Below, piece by piece: positions 10,282 to 19,597 of a DNA stretch of 64,000 bases. Position 1 is the first letter of the stretch, and every line of letters starts with the position of its first letter. This DNA is from an uncultured Nitrospiraceae bacterium (GTDB lineage: Bacteria; Nitrospirota; Thermodesulfovibrionia; Thermodesulfovibrionales; Dissulfurispiraceae): NCBI GenBank assembly GCA_963727805.1, contig CAVSHF010000003.1, positions 384,001 through 448,000 of the forward strand. Direction: 5' to 3'. Below the pieces are notes generated by a model, which made no database searches, was not told the origin of the DNA, and was given only the letters and a program-made list of their open reading frames with translations. Position numbers and translations under genes: made by a program.

Positions 10282-10659
10282 TTACCATTGGAATGCCTCC
10301 TTCTTCCACGCATAGACGTATCCTACCAGAAGGATAACCATGAAAAGCATCATTTCGATCAATGCATAAAGACCGATTTTGTCGAACACCAAGGCCCATG
10401 GATAAAGAAACACAGCTTCAACGTCGAATACTACAAAGAGCATTGCGATAATATAGAATTTTATGCTGAAACGTTCCCTGGGTTCCCCAACAGGTGGGTT
10501 GCCTGATTCGTAGATCTGAAGTTTTTCCTTGTAAGGTCGCCTGAGGCGCATGATACTTCCGACAAGGATAACTCCGCCGGAGAAAATAATAGAGAAAAGC
10601 ATGATGAGCAGTACAGGAAGATATTCTGTCGGTATGTACGATCCGGGCATAACCATCAT
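10282..10659 (-). CDS. nuoA: NADH-quinone oxidoreductase subunit A
   Basis: YESGN and FYIIAMLFVVFDVEAVFLYPWA motifs; first gene of operon. Confidence 0.96.
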   Translation of the reverse strand: MMVMPGSYIPTEYLPVLLIMLFSIIFSGGVILVGSIMRLRRPYKEKLQIYESGNPPVGEPRERFSIKFYIIAMLFVVFDVEAVFLYPWALVFDKIGLYALIEMMLFMVILLVGYVYAWKKEAFQW

Positions 10660-10973
10660 TCAATTTCCTTTAATAAAAATTTACTGGGTCATCCAAATTC
10701 GTGAGGCCTATAATGATTATTTTAAGTGGGGATTGTCAAGGAAATCCGAGGTTCGCAGCAATTGAAATAATTTATAACTGGATAAGCTGAATTAAGATGT
10801 GGTAAAAACATTGATACTTATAGTTGTATCCCATTGCGAGGTATCTATGTTTTTTACTTGTCTTCGACCGACCGGCCACCTTCGGGCTAATAGGATTAAC
10901 CTATGGCGAAGGAGCAGTGCAAAACGATGGGAGCAGGGTGCTTGACCTGAGGTTTGAGAATATCAGGATATTC

Positions 10974-11990
10974 CTATTGGTCGAGACCGGGGAAGATCGA
11001 AGGTCTTACATCGATAGGCTTTTCGGGCCTGATGCCCGGATCGACAATCTTTCTTTTTTCTTTATCACTGATTGAACGGCTCTCACGGGTTTTAGCATTG
11101 CGCTCTTCGTTTTTTTCGATAGTGGTTCTGGGAGGTGGTGCCGGCGTAACCGAGGGTGGAATGATCGGCAGGGGTTGCGGCTGCTCCACTTTGGCAGGTT
11201 CAGATGTCTGTGACGGAGCGGTAGAAGCCTGTTGGAGTGCAGGTTTGTGGCTCGAAAGCAGTATTATGCTTATTCTCCTATTTCTGGCATCCCTGGGATC
11301 ATCCTTGACAAGGAGTTCGGTATCCGCATAGCCGACCACTCTTGCGATCCTATCGGAATTTATTCCATCGTTTTCAAGTTCTTTCCGAGCAGCAGAAGCC
11401 CTGCCCGTCGAGAGTTCCCAGTTGGTCATGCCGCTTCCTTTAAAAGGGGCTGAATCGGTATGCCCTTCGACGGCAATCCTGTTGTTCGTATCTTTTATAT
11501 TTCCAGCGACCACGCTGAGAATCTCTTTGCATTTATCATTAGGTGTAGAGCTGCCGGAAAGGAACATGGGGCGTTTCTCAAGGTCGACGATTTGTATTCT
11601 CACACCTCCTTCAACAACATCAAGAAGTACCTGGTCCTTAAGTTTATTCAATTTCTCGTCGATAGCGACCTTGAGTTTTTCTTTGAGGTCCTCAGCGGTC
11701 ATCTCTCCGGTAACGATGTCCTGGGCGCTCGTCTTAATCTCTTTTTGAATGCTGGCGGACTGTTCCATAAAGGAACGTCCCGACTGCTGAAAAACGTTAA
11801 AATTTCTGAAATAATCTGCCAGGACGGCTTTTTTTTCCGGAGTGACCATTGAGATTAGCCAGAGGAGCAGGAAAAATGCCATCATCGCAGTCACAAAATC
11901 GGCGTAGGCGACCTTCCAGCTCCCGCCGTGGGATTCAGCGTGGCCCTTCTTGACTTTCTTAACTACGATGGTTTTTGACTTATCAGCCAT
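10974..11990 (-). CDS. motB: Flagellar stator protein MotB (set 1), Pro-rich C-terminal extension
   Basis: HGGSWKVAYADFVTAMMAFF TM motif; OmpA-like VEGHTD...NWELSTGRA...NRRI domain. Confidence 0.93.
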   Translation of the reverse strand: MADKSKTIVVKKVKKGHAESHGGSWKVAYADFVTAMMAFFLLLWLISMVTPEKKAVLADYFRNFNVFQQSGRSFMEQSASIQKEIKTSAQDIVTGEMTAEDLKEKLKVAIDEKLNKLKDQVLLDVVEGGVRIQIVDLEKRPMFLSGSSTPNDKCKEILSVVAGNIKDTNNRIAVEGHTDSAPFKGSGMTNWELSTGRASAARKELENDGINSDRIARVVGYADTELLVKDDPRDARNRRISIILLSSHKPALQQASTAPSQTSEPAKVEQPQPLPIIPPSVTPAPPPRTTIEKNEERNAKTRESRSISDKEKRKIVDPGIRPEKPIDVRPSIFPGLDQ

Positions 11991-12847
11991 TATTTCTTCA
12001 TAGCCCGGAGGGCGTCTTCTACTTCGATGAATGACGGTTTTTCATGTCCTGGGATGGCCCGTCTTGCAAACTCGACTGCGATCTGCGGCGCAGCGCCGCC
12101 AATGAATGACACGAGGCCCACTTTAAGGACATTAAGGTAGTCTTTATCTTCACTGATTACCTGCTCAAGGTTTCTGGCAAGGGGACCCACGAAGCCGTAA
12201 CAGAGCAAAACGCCCAGAAACGTTCCTACGAGGGCCGCACCGATGCTGTGGCCCAAGACTTCCGGCGGTTCCTTCATTTTGCCCATAGTGAGGACGACAC
12301 CAAGGACCGCTGCAACGATACCGAGTCCCGGGAGGGCATCTGCAACATTGTTAAGGCTTTTAGCCGGTGCAACTCCCTCTTCGTGGTGAGCATCCAGTTC
12401 ATTGTCGAGTATGGATTCGAGCTCATAGGAAGATATGCTTGTGGTCATAACAGTCCGCAGAGTATCAGTTACTAGATTTACTGCATGATGGTTTTTCAGG
12501 AAATTGGGATGGTTGCTGAATATCTTACTCTCTTCGGGGCTGTCGACATCGGCTTCGATGGAGACGAGACCTTCCTTGCGGATTTTTGAGAATATTTCGC
12601 TCAACATCAAGAGAGAATCCATGTAATCAGCCTTTGAATAGCTTTTACCTGTTAGCGCCTTGACAATGCTTTTTATGATATTAATTATGACTTTAAGAGG
12701 GGAGGCAATAACCAAAGCACCGATGGATGCCCCCCCGATGATGACCAGTTCAGCTGGCTGGAAGAGGACCGAGAGGTTGCCGTGTTCCATCAGATAGCCG
12801 CCGATAACACTTGCTAGAACGATTATTGAACCAATGATGATAAACAT
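11990..12847 (-). CDS. motA: Flagellar stator protein MotA (set 1)
   Basis: QPAELVIIGGA, DALPGLGIVAAVLGVV and IGAALVGTFLG motifs; 1-bp overlap with motB. Confidence 0.93.
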   Translation of the reverse strand: MFIIIGSIIVLASVIGGYLMEHGNLSVLFQPAELVIIGGASIGALVIASPLKVIINIIKSIVKALTGKSYSKADYMDSLLMLSEIFSKIRKEGLVSIEADVDSPEESKIFSNHPNFLKNHHAVNLVTDTLRTVMTTSISSYELESILDNELDAHHEEGVAPAKSLNNVADALPGLGIVAAVLGVVLTMGKMKEPPEVLGHSIGAALVGTFLGVLLCYGFVGPLARNLEQVISEDKDYLNVLKVGLVSFIGGAAPQIAVEFARRAIPGHEKPSFIEVEDALRAMKK

Positions 12848-12859
12848 GTCGGCCCTGTC

Positions 12860-13390
12860 TTAGCCCCGTTTTTTTCGCAGGATGTCCCGCTGGGTTTTGA
12901 AGACAAATTTGACGATATGATCCCTAATTTCGTCATCAATGGTGACGAACTTGACTGCAGTATGATACAGACCATTCGTGGCCCGAGCATCGACTACCTC
13001 GCCGTAAATATATAAGGTATAGACCGGGGTTATGGGGAGCATTATTTTCATCTCAAGGATGTTGCCACTTTGATATTTTTCGGCCGAATCAAAACACAAG
13101 CCTCCTCCACTGATGTTGACCTTTCTCTGGGAGATGATCGGAACCTTTTCATTTTGATCGGCAAGGGCGCTGATGATGGCGTCAAGCTTGGCATTTATCA
13201 TCTTGAGCCATTCCGCCAGTAAAATATCCTCTACTTCTGGAGGTATCTGGTATTCCGGCAGGCTTGCTTCTCCGGCGATAAAAGACCTTATATTCTGACG
13301 CTCTTCGGTAGAGATGAGTCGAACTTCGAGCGGAATTACCGCATCGACTCTGGAAAACTCTCTTAAATTTTTTTCGCTGGAATCTGCCAT
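12860..13390 (-). CDS. PilZ-domain c-di-GMP-binding protein
   Basis: RxxxR (REFSR) and D/NxSxxG (NISGGG) motifs; lies between the two stator pairs. Confidence 0.85.
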   Translation of the reverse strand: MADSSEKNLREFSRVDAVIPLEVRLISTEERQNIRSFIAGEASLPEYQIPPEVEDILLAEWLKMINAKLDAIISALADQNEKVPIISQRKVNISGGGLCFDSAEKYQSGNILEMKIMLPITPVYTLYIYGEVVDARATNGLYHTAVKFVTIDDEIRDHIVKFVFKTQRDILRKKRG

Positions 13391-13456
13391 ATTTCCCCTT
13401 TCTTTGTTAATTATAACACCTGGAATTATTTTGGTTATAGTATAGAGAAGATCCCG

Positions 13457-14107
13457 TTATCTTATTGAAACGGGTGCCAGGACAATCTCTACCCGCCTGT
13501 TTTTTGCCCGTCCTTCATCTGTAGCGCTCGAAGCGAGCGGTTTGTATTCACCATATCCTGCTATGATAAACCTGTTGGGATCAAGCTCGTGCTGCAGGAA
13601 AAGATTGAGCACACTGGCAGCCCGGGCTGTCGAAAGCTCCCAGTTTGATGCATATTTGCCGCCCGAAATCGGCACGTTGTCGGTGTGACCCTCGATCACG
13701 ATCCTGCCCGGGTTTTTCTTAAGGATTTCGGCGAGATTAGCAAGGGCAGAAGCCATTTTATCCTTGATATCAGCGGAGCCGGACATAAAGGCCGTGTCGT
13801 TTGACAAAGTGACAACTATTCCCCTCGGATCACTTTTTACATTGATGCCCTCGATACTTGCAACAGTCTTGCTGATTTCAGCCATAAGCGGCTTTTTGCT
13901 CTCTCCCACGCCCGAAATAGGACGCTCGATGACATTAAATGCTTGGCGCAGAGAGGTCGAGAATTGCCCGATCTTTTCCTTGTCCACCGTTGAAAGCGCG
14001 TAGAGAGCTGCAAAAAAAGTGAACATCAGAGTCAAAAAATCGGCGTAAGATATGAGCCACCGATCGAGCTGTTCGTGATCTTCTTGCCGTCTCTTCCGTC
14101 TTTTCAT
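13457..14107 (-). CDS. Second flagellar stator B subunit (MotB/MotD/PomB-like)
   Basis: RWLISYADFLTLMFTFF TM motif; IEGHTDN, NWELSTARA and NRRVEI OmpA-like motifs. Confidence 0.9.
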   Translation of the reverse strand: MKRRKRRQEDHEQLDRWLISYADFLTLMFTFFAALYALSTVDKEKIGQFSTSLRQAFNVIERPISGVGESKKPLMAEISKTVASIEGINVKSDPRGIVVTLSNDTAFMSGSADIKDKMASALANLAEILKKNPGRIVIEGHTDNVPISGGKYASNWELSTARAASVLNLFLQHELDPNRFIIAGYGEYKPLASSATDEGRAKNRRVEIVLAPVSIR

Positions 14108-14132
14108 AGATTCCTCACGAGGTTGTATTCAA

Positions 14133-14906
14133 TTACAGGCCAACTCCTGATTCGCCTCTCTCTCGTTCTTCAAGGAAGGCATTAAGCTTCGCCCTGAGGA
14201 AAAAAGGGTTAATGCCGCTTTCGACGCCGAGGACTCCTTCAACGATAAGATCCATCATGTAGATATCTTCATTCATGCGGCTGATGATTCTTTTCGAGAT
14301 GGGAAGCAGAACGAGGTTCGCCGAGCCGACCCCGTATATTGTAGCGACAAACGCAACGGAAATGCCGGAGCCGATCTTTGACGGCTCGGCGACGTTGCTC
14401 ATCACCTGGATAAGCCCCAGTACCGCGCCGAGTATACCAATAGTGGGTGCATATCCCCCCGCGGATTCAAATACTTTAGCGGCTCTCCTCATCTTTGTTT
14501 CATAGGTGGCTATCTCCTGATCGAGGATGTCTCTGATCATTTTTGGGGGCATGCCGTCAACTACGAGATTGAGACCTTTTCTCAAAAAAGCGTTTTCGAT
14601 CTGCATTATCTGTGGCTGCAGTGCAATCAGGCCCATGCGCCTGGCCTGAACGAGGATGTTAACAGAGTCTTCAATGATCAGAAGTGGATTGCGTTCCTCC
14701 CGTGAAAAGACTGTGCCAAGAGATATTACGGCAGTCCTGAGGTCCCTGAGCGGATAGCTCAGCATGGTTGCGCCCGCGGTTCCTCCAAAGACAATCATGG
14801 CAGCTGCGACCTGGATGAGATGGGCCGTCGTGCCGCCCTCAACAAGATTGCCGACGACGATTGCTCCCAAACCGATGATCAGGCCTAATAAGGCAATAAT
14901 ATCCAT
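14133..14906 (-). CDS. Second flagellar stator A subunit (MotA/MotC/PomA-like)
   Basis: FESAGGYAPTIGILGAVLGLI and AFVATIYGVGSANL motifs. Confidence 0.9.
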   Translation of the reverse strand: MDIIALLGLIIGLGAIVVGNLVEGGTTAHLIQVAAAMIVFGGTAGATMLSYPLRDLRTAVISLGTVFSREERNPLLIIEDSVNILVQARRMGLIALQPQIMQIENAFLRKGLNLVVDGMPPKMIRDILDQEIATYETKMRRAAKVFESAGGYAPTIGILGAVLGLIQVMSNVAEPSKIGSGISVAFVATIYGVGSANLVLLPISKRIISRMNEDIYMMDLIVEGVLGVESGINPFFLRAKLNAFLEERERGESGVGL

Positions 14907-15074
14907 TATTCTCTTGATCCTTCAATAAGGTGCTCTGATTGGATAGGCCCTTGAGGAGTCATTAATGAACTGGCATGAAAAAGCATTACTCATTATAAGC
15001 GTTGTATGGGTAATTATCAAGATATCAGCATGATTATTATCGATAAATAAGTGTCGACTATTACTCGTGTATGT

Positions 15075-15917
15075 TTACAGCTTAAAAGTAAGATACCCCG
15101 ACAGAAGTATCATCAACCCTCCGACGAGGGTTGCGATACCGACCGCTTCGTGGAGGAACATCATACCGAGGATTATCACGCAGATCGGTTCTAGATAGCC
15201 AAGGATTGAAGCGGTATAGGCCGTCACATCCTTCATGCCCCTGAAATAGAGAACTGGTGCGATTATTGAATGGATGATGCCCATCACCACAAAAGCCCAC
15301 CATGCAGAAAGAAAATTATGTGGTATTTCTATGAAGGGCAGAAGGATGAGAACTATGATCATGTTCTGGAAAAAGGTCATGACCACGGGGTCAAAGGAAG
15401 GGGAGAGGATTCTGAGTATGATTATCAGGACGCCATAGGCGAGACCTGATAAGAGCCCAGCCATGATGCCGGCGATGTTCTTATCTCCCGCGAAGAAGAG
15501 ACTACCAATCTGATCAGCCGAGACTCCCAGCATGATCCAGAGGCCGGCAGTTGCTGTAATAACAGAAACGGCGGCTCCAAATGATATCTTCTCCTTCAAG
15601 AAAAGTGGGGCAAGCAGGGCGACAAATATCGGTGCAGTATAGTGAGTCAGCACGGCATTCGCGACAGAGGTATTTTGGTATGCAAAATAGAAGCAAAAGG
15701 TATTGATTAGACTCACCGGTCCTAGCACGAGAAGGCTCGACAATGGACGAATACTGTGCAACGAGGCCCTCCGTTGCCGCTTGAAAAAAGAGAGGCCGAT
15801 AAGAGCCGAGGAGATTAAGCAGGAAAAAAAAATGAGTGTCGATACGGGCATACCGGAAAACCTTATGATGATCCCGATGAAGCTCCACAGAAAGATAGCG
15901 AGGAGTATCCAGATCAT
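15075..15917 (-). CDS. EamA/DMT family transporter
   Basis: About 10 TM segments; SVANAVLTHYTAPIFV and ASILGYLEP repeats typical of EamA. Confidence 0.88.
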   Translation of the reverse strand: MIWILLAIFLWSFIGIIIRFSGMPVSTLIFFSCLISSALIGLSFFKRQRRASLHSIRPLSSLLVLGPVSLINTFCFYFAYQNTSVANAVLTHYTAPIFVALLAPLFLKEKISFGAAVSVITATAGLWIMLGVSADQIGSLFFAGDKNIAGIMAGLLSGLAYGVLIIILRILSPSFDPVVMTFFQNMIIVLILLPFIEIPHNFLSAWWAFVVMGIIHSIIAPVLYFRGMKDVTAYTASILGYLEPICVIILGMMFLHEAVGIATLVGGLMILLSGYLTFKL

Positions 15918-16060
15918 GGCCGGGCCGGTGGAGCGGAAAAATGTTGCAAATTCGCTGACATTCTCATCATAATTAATCTATTAGGTCAGAACGAAAAATG
16001 CAATGCCGTAGATTTCAGCTGATGTAATATTCTGGTGGTGTAACATAAAACTGTGAGAAC

Positions 16061-17299
16061 ATGAGTACAAAATTCAGAACTATCGAAAGTAAAGGATACC
16101 TTCCTATCGCTTCCAACAGACTTATTGTCGGAACAAAGCTACCCTGTAATTTATATATGAAGGAAGGGGGGATATTCCGGATTCTTTTTGATAGCAACAC
16201 CGATTATACCAAGATAACCCAGGAGTTTCTGATAGATCGGGGATTTAAGGAGCTTTACATTTCGGACGAAGACAAGGAACTCTTTGACGCATATGTGTCA
16301 AAAAACATTGATGACGGCACATCCGTACTCGATAGCCCAAAGGCTTTCAAAGATTACACCTTCCGCAAGGATAAATATTACCAGATCGATAAACACATGC
16401 TTGTCCTGGGGACAGATGTTCCGTTCTGTATTTATGCGATGAAGAATTATGACTATTCTCTTGTACTACATGCTACTTCCGGCCTCCCGGGGAAGATTGA
16501 TGAGAAGGTGTTGTCCCTTCCCGGCGATGTGCTAATCTCTCAAGCAGATATCCCCCTCTACAATGAATATCTCAATTCTGTCCTTCGGTCACCCAACCTA
16601 AGCGGCAAAGACATTGAACGTATGAAGGCGCTTGTTGTCAAAGAGAATTCAAAGATTATTGTGAAAGACTTGTTCGAAAACCCGAGGAGCGGTGAGAAAA
16701 TCCAGGAAGTACAGGGTGTCGTCAATACTATGATCGATAGTATCATAGCGAACAAGGACACTATTCACGATCTTCTGTCGCTCAGGGGGTTTGATTATTA
16801 CACGTACACTCATTCGGTAAATGTGGGTGTTTTATCGGTAGGCCTTGGCGTAGCGATTAATCTTGAGAAAGATGACATCGAAAAACTTGGCATGGGAGCA
16901 ATGCTCCACGATATAGGGAAAAGCGCCATCCCTTCGGAAATTCTTAACAAACAGGGAAAGCTTGATGACAGGGAATTCTTCATCATTCAGAGCCATGTGT
17001 ATGAAGGCGAGAAGCTTCTGAAGGAGAACAGCCGATTGCCTCATGAATCACTTCCGGCCGTTATTCAGCATCATGAAAAAATAAGCGGGAGGGGGTACCC
17101 CGCGCGTCTTGCTGAAAAGGAGATCATGCTCTTCGGCAGGATAACCGCTATCGCGGACTGCTACGATGCCATGACAACTACGCGGCCATACCGGCAGGCA
17201 CTCACACCTTTTTACGCACTTGCGACTATTGCCAAAGAGACCGGCAATTATGATCCTGAGATCCTCAGGGTCTTTATCAAAATGCTTGGAAAACTCTGA
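16061..17299 (+). CDS. HD-GYP domain protein (putative c-di-GMP phosphodiesterase)
   Basis: YTYTHSVNV, LHDIGK, HHEKISGRGYP and IADCYDAMTTTRPYR motifs. Confidence 0.9.
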   Translation: MSTKFRTIESKGYLPIASNRLIVGTKLPCNLYMKEGGIFRILFDSNTDYTKITQEFLIDRGFKELYISDEDKELFDAYVSKNIDDGTSVLDSPKAFKDYTFRKDKYYQIDKHMLVLGTDVPFCIYAMKNYDYSLVLHATSGLPGKIDEKVLSLPGDVLISQADIPLYNEYLNSVLRSPNLSGKDIERMKALVVKENSKIIVKDLFENPRSGEKIQEVQGVVNTMIDSIIANKDTIHDLLSLRGFDYYTYTHSVNVGVLSVGLGVAINLEKDDIEKLGMGAMLHDIGKSAIPSEILNKQGKLDDREFFIIQSHVYEGEKLLKENSRLPHESLPAVIQHHEKISGRGYPARLAEKEIMLFGRITAIADCYDAMTTTRPYRQALTPFYALATIAKETGNYDPEILRVFIKMLGKL

Positions 17300-17301
17300 T
17301 T

Positions 17302-18564
17302 ATGGATCTGTTCAACGCGGAACCTGATCCCGGCCATGAACAGAGTGGAGGTGGCCATGCGGAGCCTCTTGCTTTTCGCATGAGCCCGCGTACGCTCGAT
17401 GAATATGTGGGACAGGAACATATAATAGGCAAAGACAAGCTCCTGAGAAGGGCTATCAAGGCAGATAGAATAACGTCGCTGATTCTCTACGGGCCTCCGG
17501 GGACCGGCAAGACGGCCCTTGCTAAGGTGATTGCGGCCAGGACACAATCGCGCTTCGAATGGCTCAATGCCGCGACTGCCGGACTCGATGATTTGCGTAA
17601 GGTAATACACTCCTCCAGAAACCGCAAAGCTAAAGGTATACGCACGATTCTATTTCTCGATGAGATTCACCGATTCAATAAGCTTCAACAGGATGCGCTC
17701 TTGCCCGATGTTGAAGAGGGCAATATTATTCTTGTCGCGGCAACCGTGGAGAATCCCTTTTTCTACGTAAATTCGGCGCTGCTCTCGCGGAGCCAGGTTT
17801 TCGAGCTAAAGCATCTGACATCCAGTGATATTATGAAAATACTTAGCAACGCCTTGAATGACCGGGAGCGGGGTCTGGGCAAAATGAACATAGTTGCCGA
17901 AGATGACGCGCTTATGCATATTGCGAAGATGTCCGACGGAGATGGCCGAAAGGCTCTTTCAGCTCTCGAGATAGCTGCGCTTACGACTCAACCTGATGCC
18001 GGTGGCGTAATAAGGATAACTATTGGTGTTGCTGAGGATTCGATTCAGAAGAAAGTTATCGTTTACGATAAAAAGGGTGACCAGCATTACGACACGATCT
18101 CGGCTTTCATAAAAAGCATGAGGGGATCGGACCCTGATGCGGCCGTGTATTATCTTGCAAAGATGATTTATGCGGGCGAAGACCCTCGGTTTATCGCGCG
18201 GAGGATTGTGATCTGCGCATCAGAGGATGTTGGAAACGCCGACCCGATGGCCCTTGTTGTTGCAACCTCTGCCTTGCGTGCTGTCGAGTTCATTGGTATG
18301 CCGGAAGCCCGGATTCCTCTTGCTCAGGCGACAACGTACATAGCAGTGGCCCCCAAGAGCAACGCTTCATACAAGGCTATTGATGCTGCCCTTGAGGACA
18401 TAAAGTCTGAAGAGACTATGGAAGTCCCCGATCATCTCAAGTCCAGCAGCTACTCCGGCGCCAAACAATTAGGGCACGGAGAAGGCTATAAATATCCGCA
18501 TGCATTTGGCGGACACGTCGAGCAGGAATACCTTCCTCAGAAAAGGAAGTATTACACTCCATAG
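17302..18564 (+). CDS. rarA: Replication-associated recombination protein A (RarA/MgsA AAA+ ATPase)
   Basis: GPPGTGKT, LDEIHRFNKLQQDALLP, ISAFIKSMRGSDPDAA and PKSNA motifs. Confidence 0.95.
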   Translation: MDLFNAEPDPGHEQSGGGHAEPLAFRMSPRTLDEYVGQEHIIGKDKLLRRAIKADRITSLILYGPPGTGKTALAKVIAARTQSRFEWLNAATAGLDDLRKVIHSSRNRKAKGIRTILFLDEIHRFNKLQQDALLPDVEEGNIILVAATVENPFFYVNSALLSRSQVFELKHLTSSDIMKILSNALNDRERGLGKMNIVAEDDALMHIAKMSDGDGRKALSALEIAALTTQPDAGGVIRITIGVAEDSIQKKVIVYDKKGDQHYDTISAFIKSMRGSDPDAAVYYLAKMIYAGEDPRFIARRIVICASEDVGNADPMALVVATSALRAVEFIGMPEARIPLAQATTYIAVAPKSNASYKAIDAALEDIKSEETMEVPDHLKSSSYSGAKQLGHGEGYKYPHAFGGHVEQEYLPQKRKYYTP

Positions 18565-18632
18565 GTCGCTCCTTCATTAGTTCTTCATAGTTCCTTTGCT
18601 AATCTATAAGTAAGTAAGTAAGGAGGTACTAT

Positions 18633-19310
18633 ATGCTTATAATTGACAATTTGAGCAGACAAAATAGAAGCATTCCTGCTATAGATGCCGGGGCTCCAAA
18701 GCTCATTGAGACGGCCACCTTTGCCTTGGGTTGATTCTGGGGACCTGACTCCCAGTTCGGGAGTATCCATGGAGTTATTCGTACAAGGGTGGGGTATGCA
18801 GGCGGCACGAAAAAGAAACCAACTTACCATAGTCTCGGTGATCATTCAGAAGCTCTGCAACTCGATTATGATCCTTCGATCATAACGTTTGCGGAGCTGC
18901 TTGACCTGTTCTGGGCAAGCCACTTTCCTACAGAGAGGTCCTGGTCGCGCCAGTATATGACGGCCGTTTTTTTTCACGATGTAGCGCAAAGACAGCGAAT
19001 CTCCGAGACCATGGAGCGCGAGGCAGCTGCGCTGAAACGCGAAATCAGAACGCTTGTTCTTCCGGCTGATACCTTTTCTATCGCCGAGGATTATCACCAG
19101 AAGCATGCCCTTCAGCGGGATTATGACATCTTGACCGAATTCAAACGGATATACCCGGACTTCAGACATATTATGAATTCGACAGCCGCTGCCCGGGTAA
19201 ATGGGATTCTAGGAGGCTATGGAAGGCTCTCTGTGCATAAGGATGAAATCGAAAGCTATGGCTTGTCGGCAAAGGCGAGAAACTGTCTCATGGGGTATCT
19301 TAAAGAGTAA
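18633..19310 (+). CDS. msrA: Peptide methionine sulfoxide reductase A, selenocysteine-containing (in-frame TGA at 18732-18734)
   Basis: AGGAGG at 18621-18626 and ATG 18633; frame reads ...ETATFALG-TGA-FWGPDSQFGSIHGVIRTRVGYAGG..., continuous with ORF 18789..19310 (DHSEALQ, AEDYHQK); TGA sits at the catalytic C of GCFWG. Confidence 0.88.
18741..18768 (+). promoter_or_regulatory. Putative bacterial SECIS hairpin
   Basis: ACTCCC-AGTTC-GGGAGT stem-loop (18748-18764) shortly after the UGA, extendable by GGA/TCC; G near the start of the loop. Confidence 0.55.
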
Positions 19311-19360
19311 TCTGCAAGTCGTAGATGCATGATAAAAAATTTGAAGATCGAAAGATTTGA

Positions 19361-19442
19361 GTGCTCAATGAAGCAGAAACTAAGGTCCCGACTTGCGGCT
19401 TGAGTCGAGAATCCCTGGCATTTGTGCCGGGGAGGATGTCAA
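19361..19442 (+). mobile_element. Relic right end of an IS200/IS605-family (TnpB-associated) element; no transposase or tnpB present
   Basis: TCAATGAAGCAGAAAC...GAATCCCTGGCA-TTTG-TGCCGGGGAGGATGTCAA: subterminal hairpin (19412-19433) ending in GGAGGATGTCAA, the pattern of IS605/IS1341-type right ends. Confidence 0.6.
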
Positions 19443-19597
19443 GGCTTCTCTCGTTGACGCATCAATATGTTATACAACAAATTGTTATGGAATACATGTT
19501 GAACAGTCTGAAAGCTTAGCGTCTTCTTGATCGACTTGCGAGACGCAGCTATTGCTGCGCCCCTCTCTGGATATGGAATAGATGCAAATGGATCCGG

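Noticed and set aside
15037..15063. Sigma28-like promoter (TAAT-N15-ATCGATAA, minus) upstream of the stator cluster
   Set aside because: Three mismatches to consensus in an AT-rich region; too weak to call
18685..18885. 66-aa ORF, and the GTG 18789 start for msrA
   Set aside because: Explained by the Sec read-through frame from ATG 18633; a start at 18789 would omit the active site
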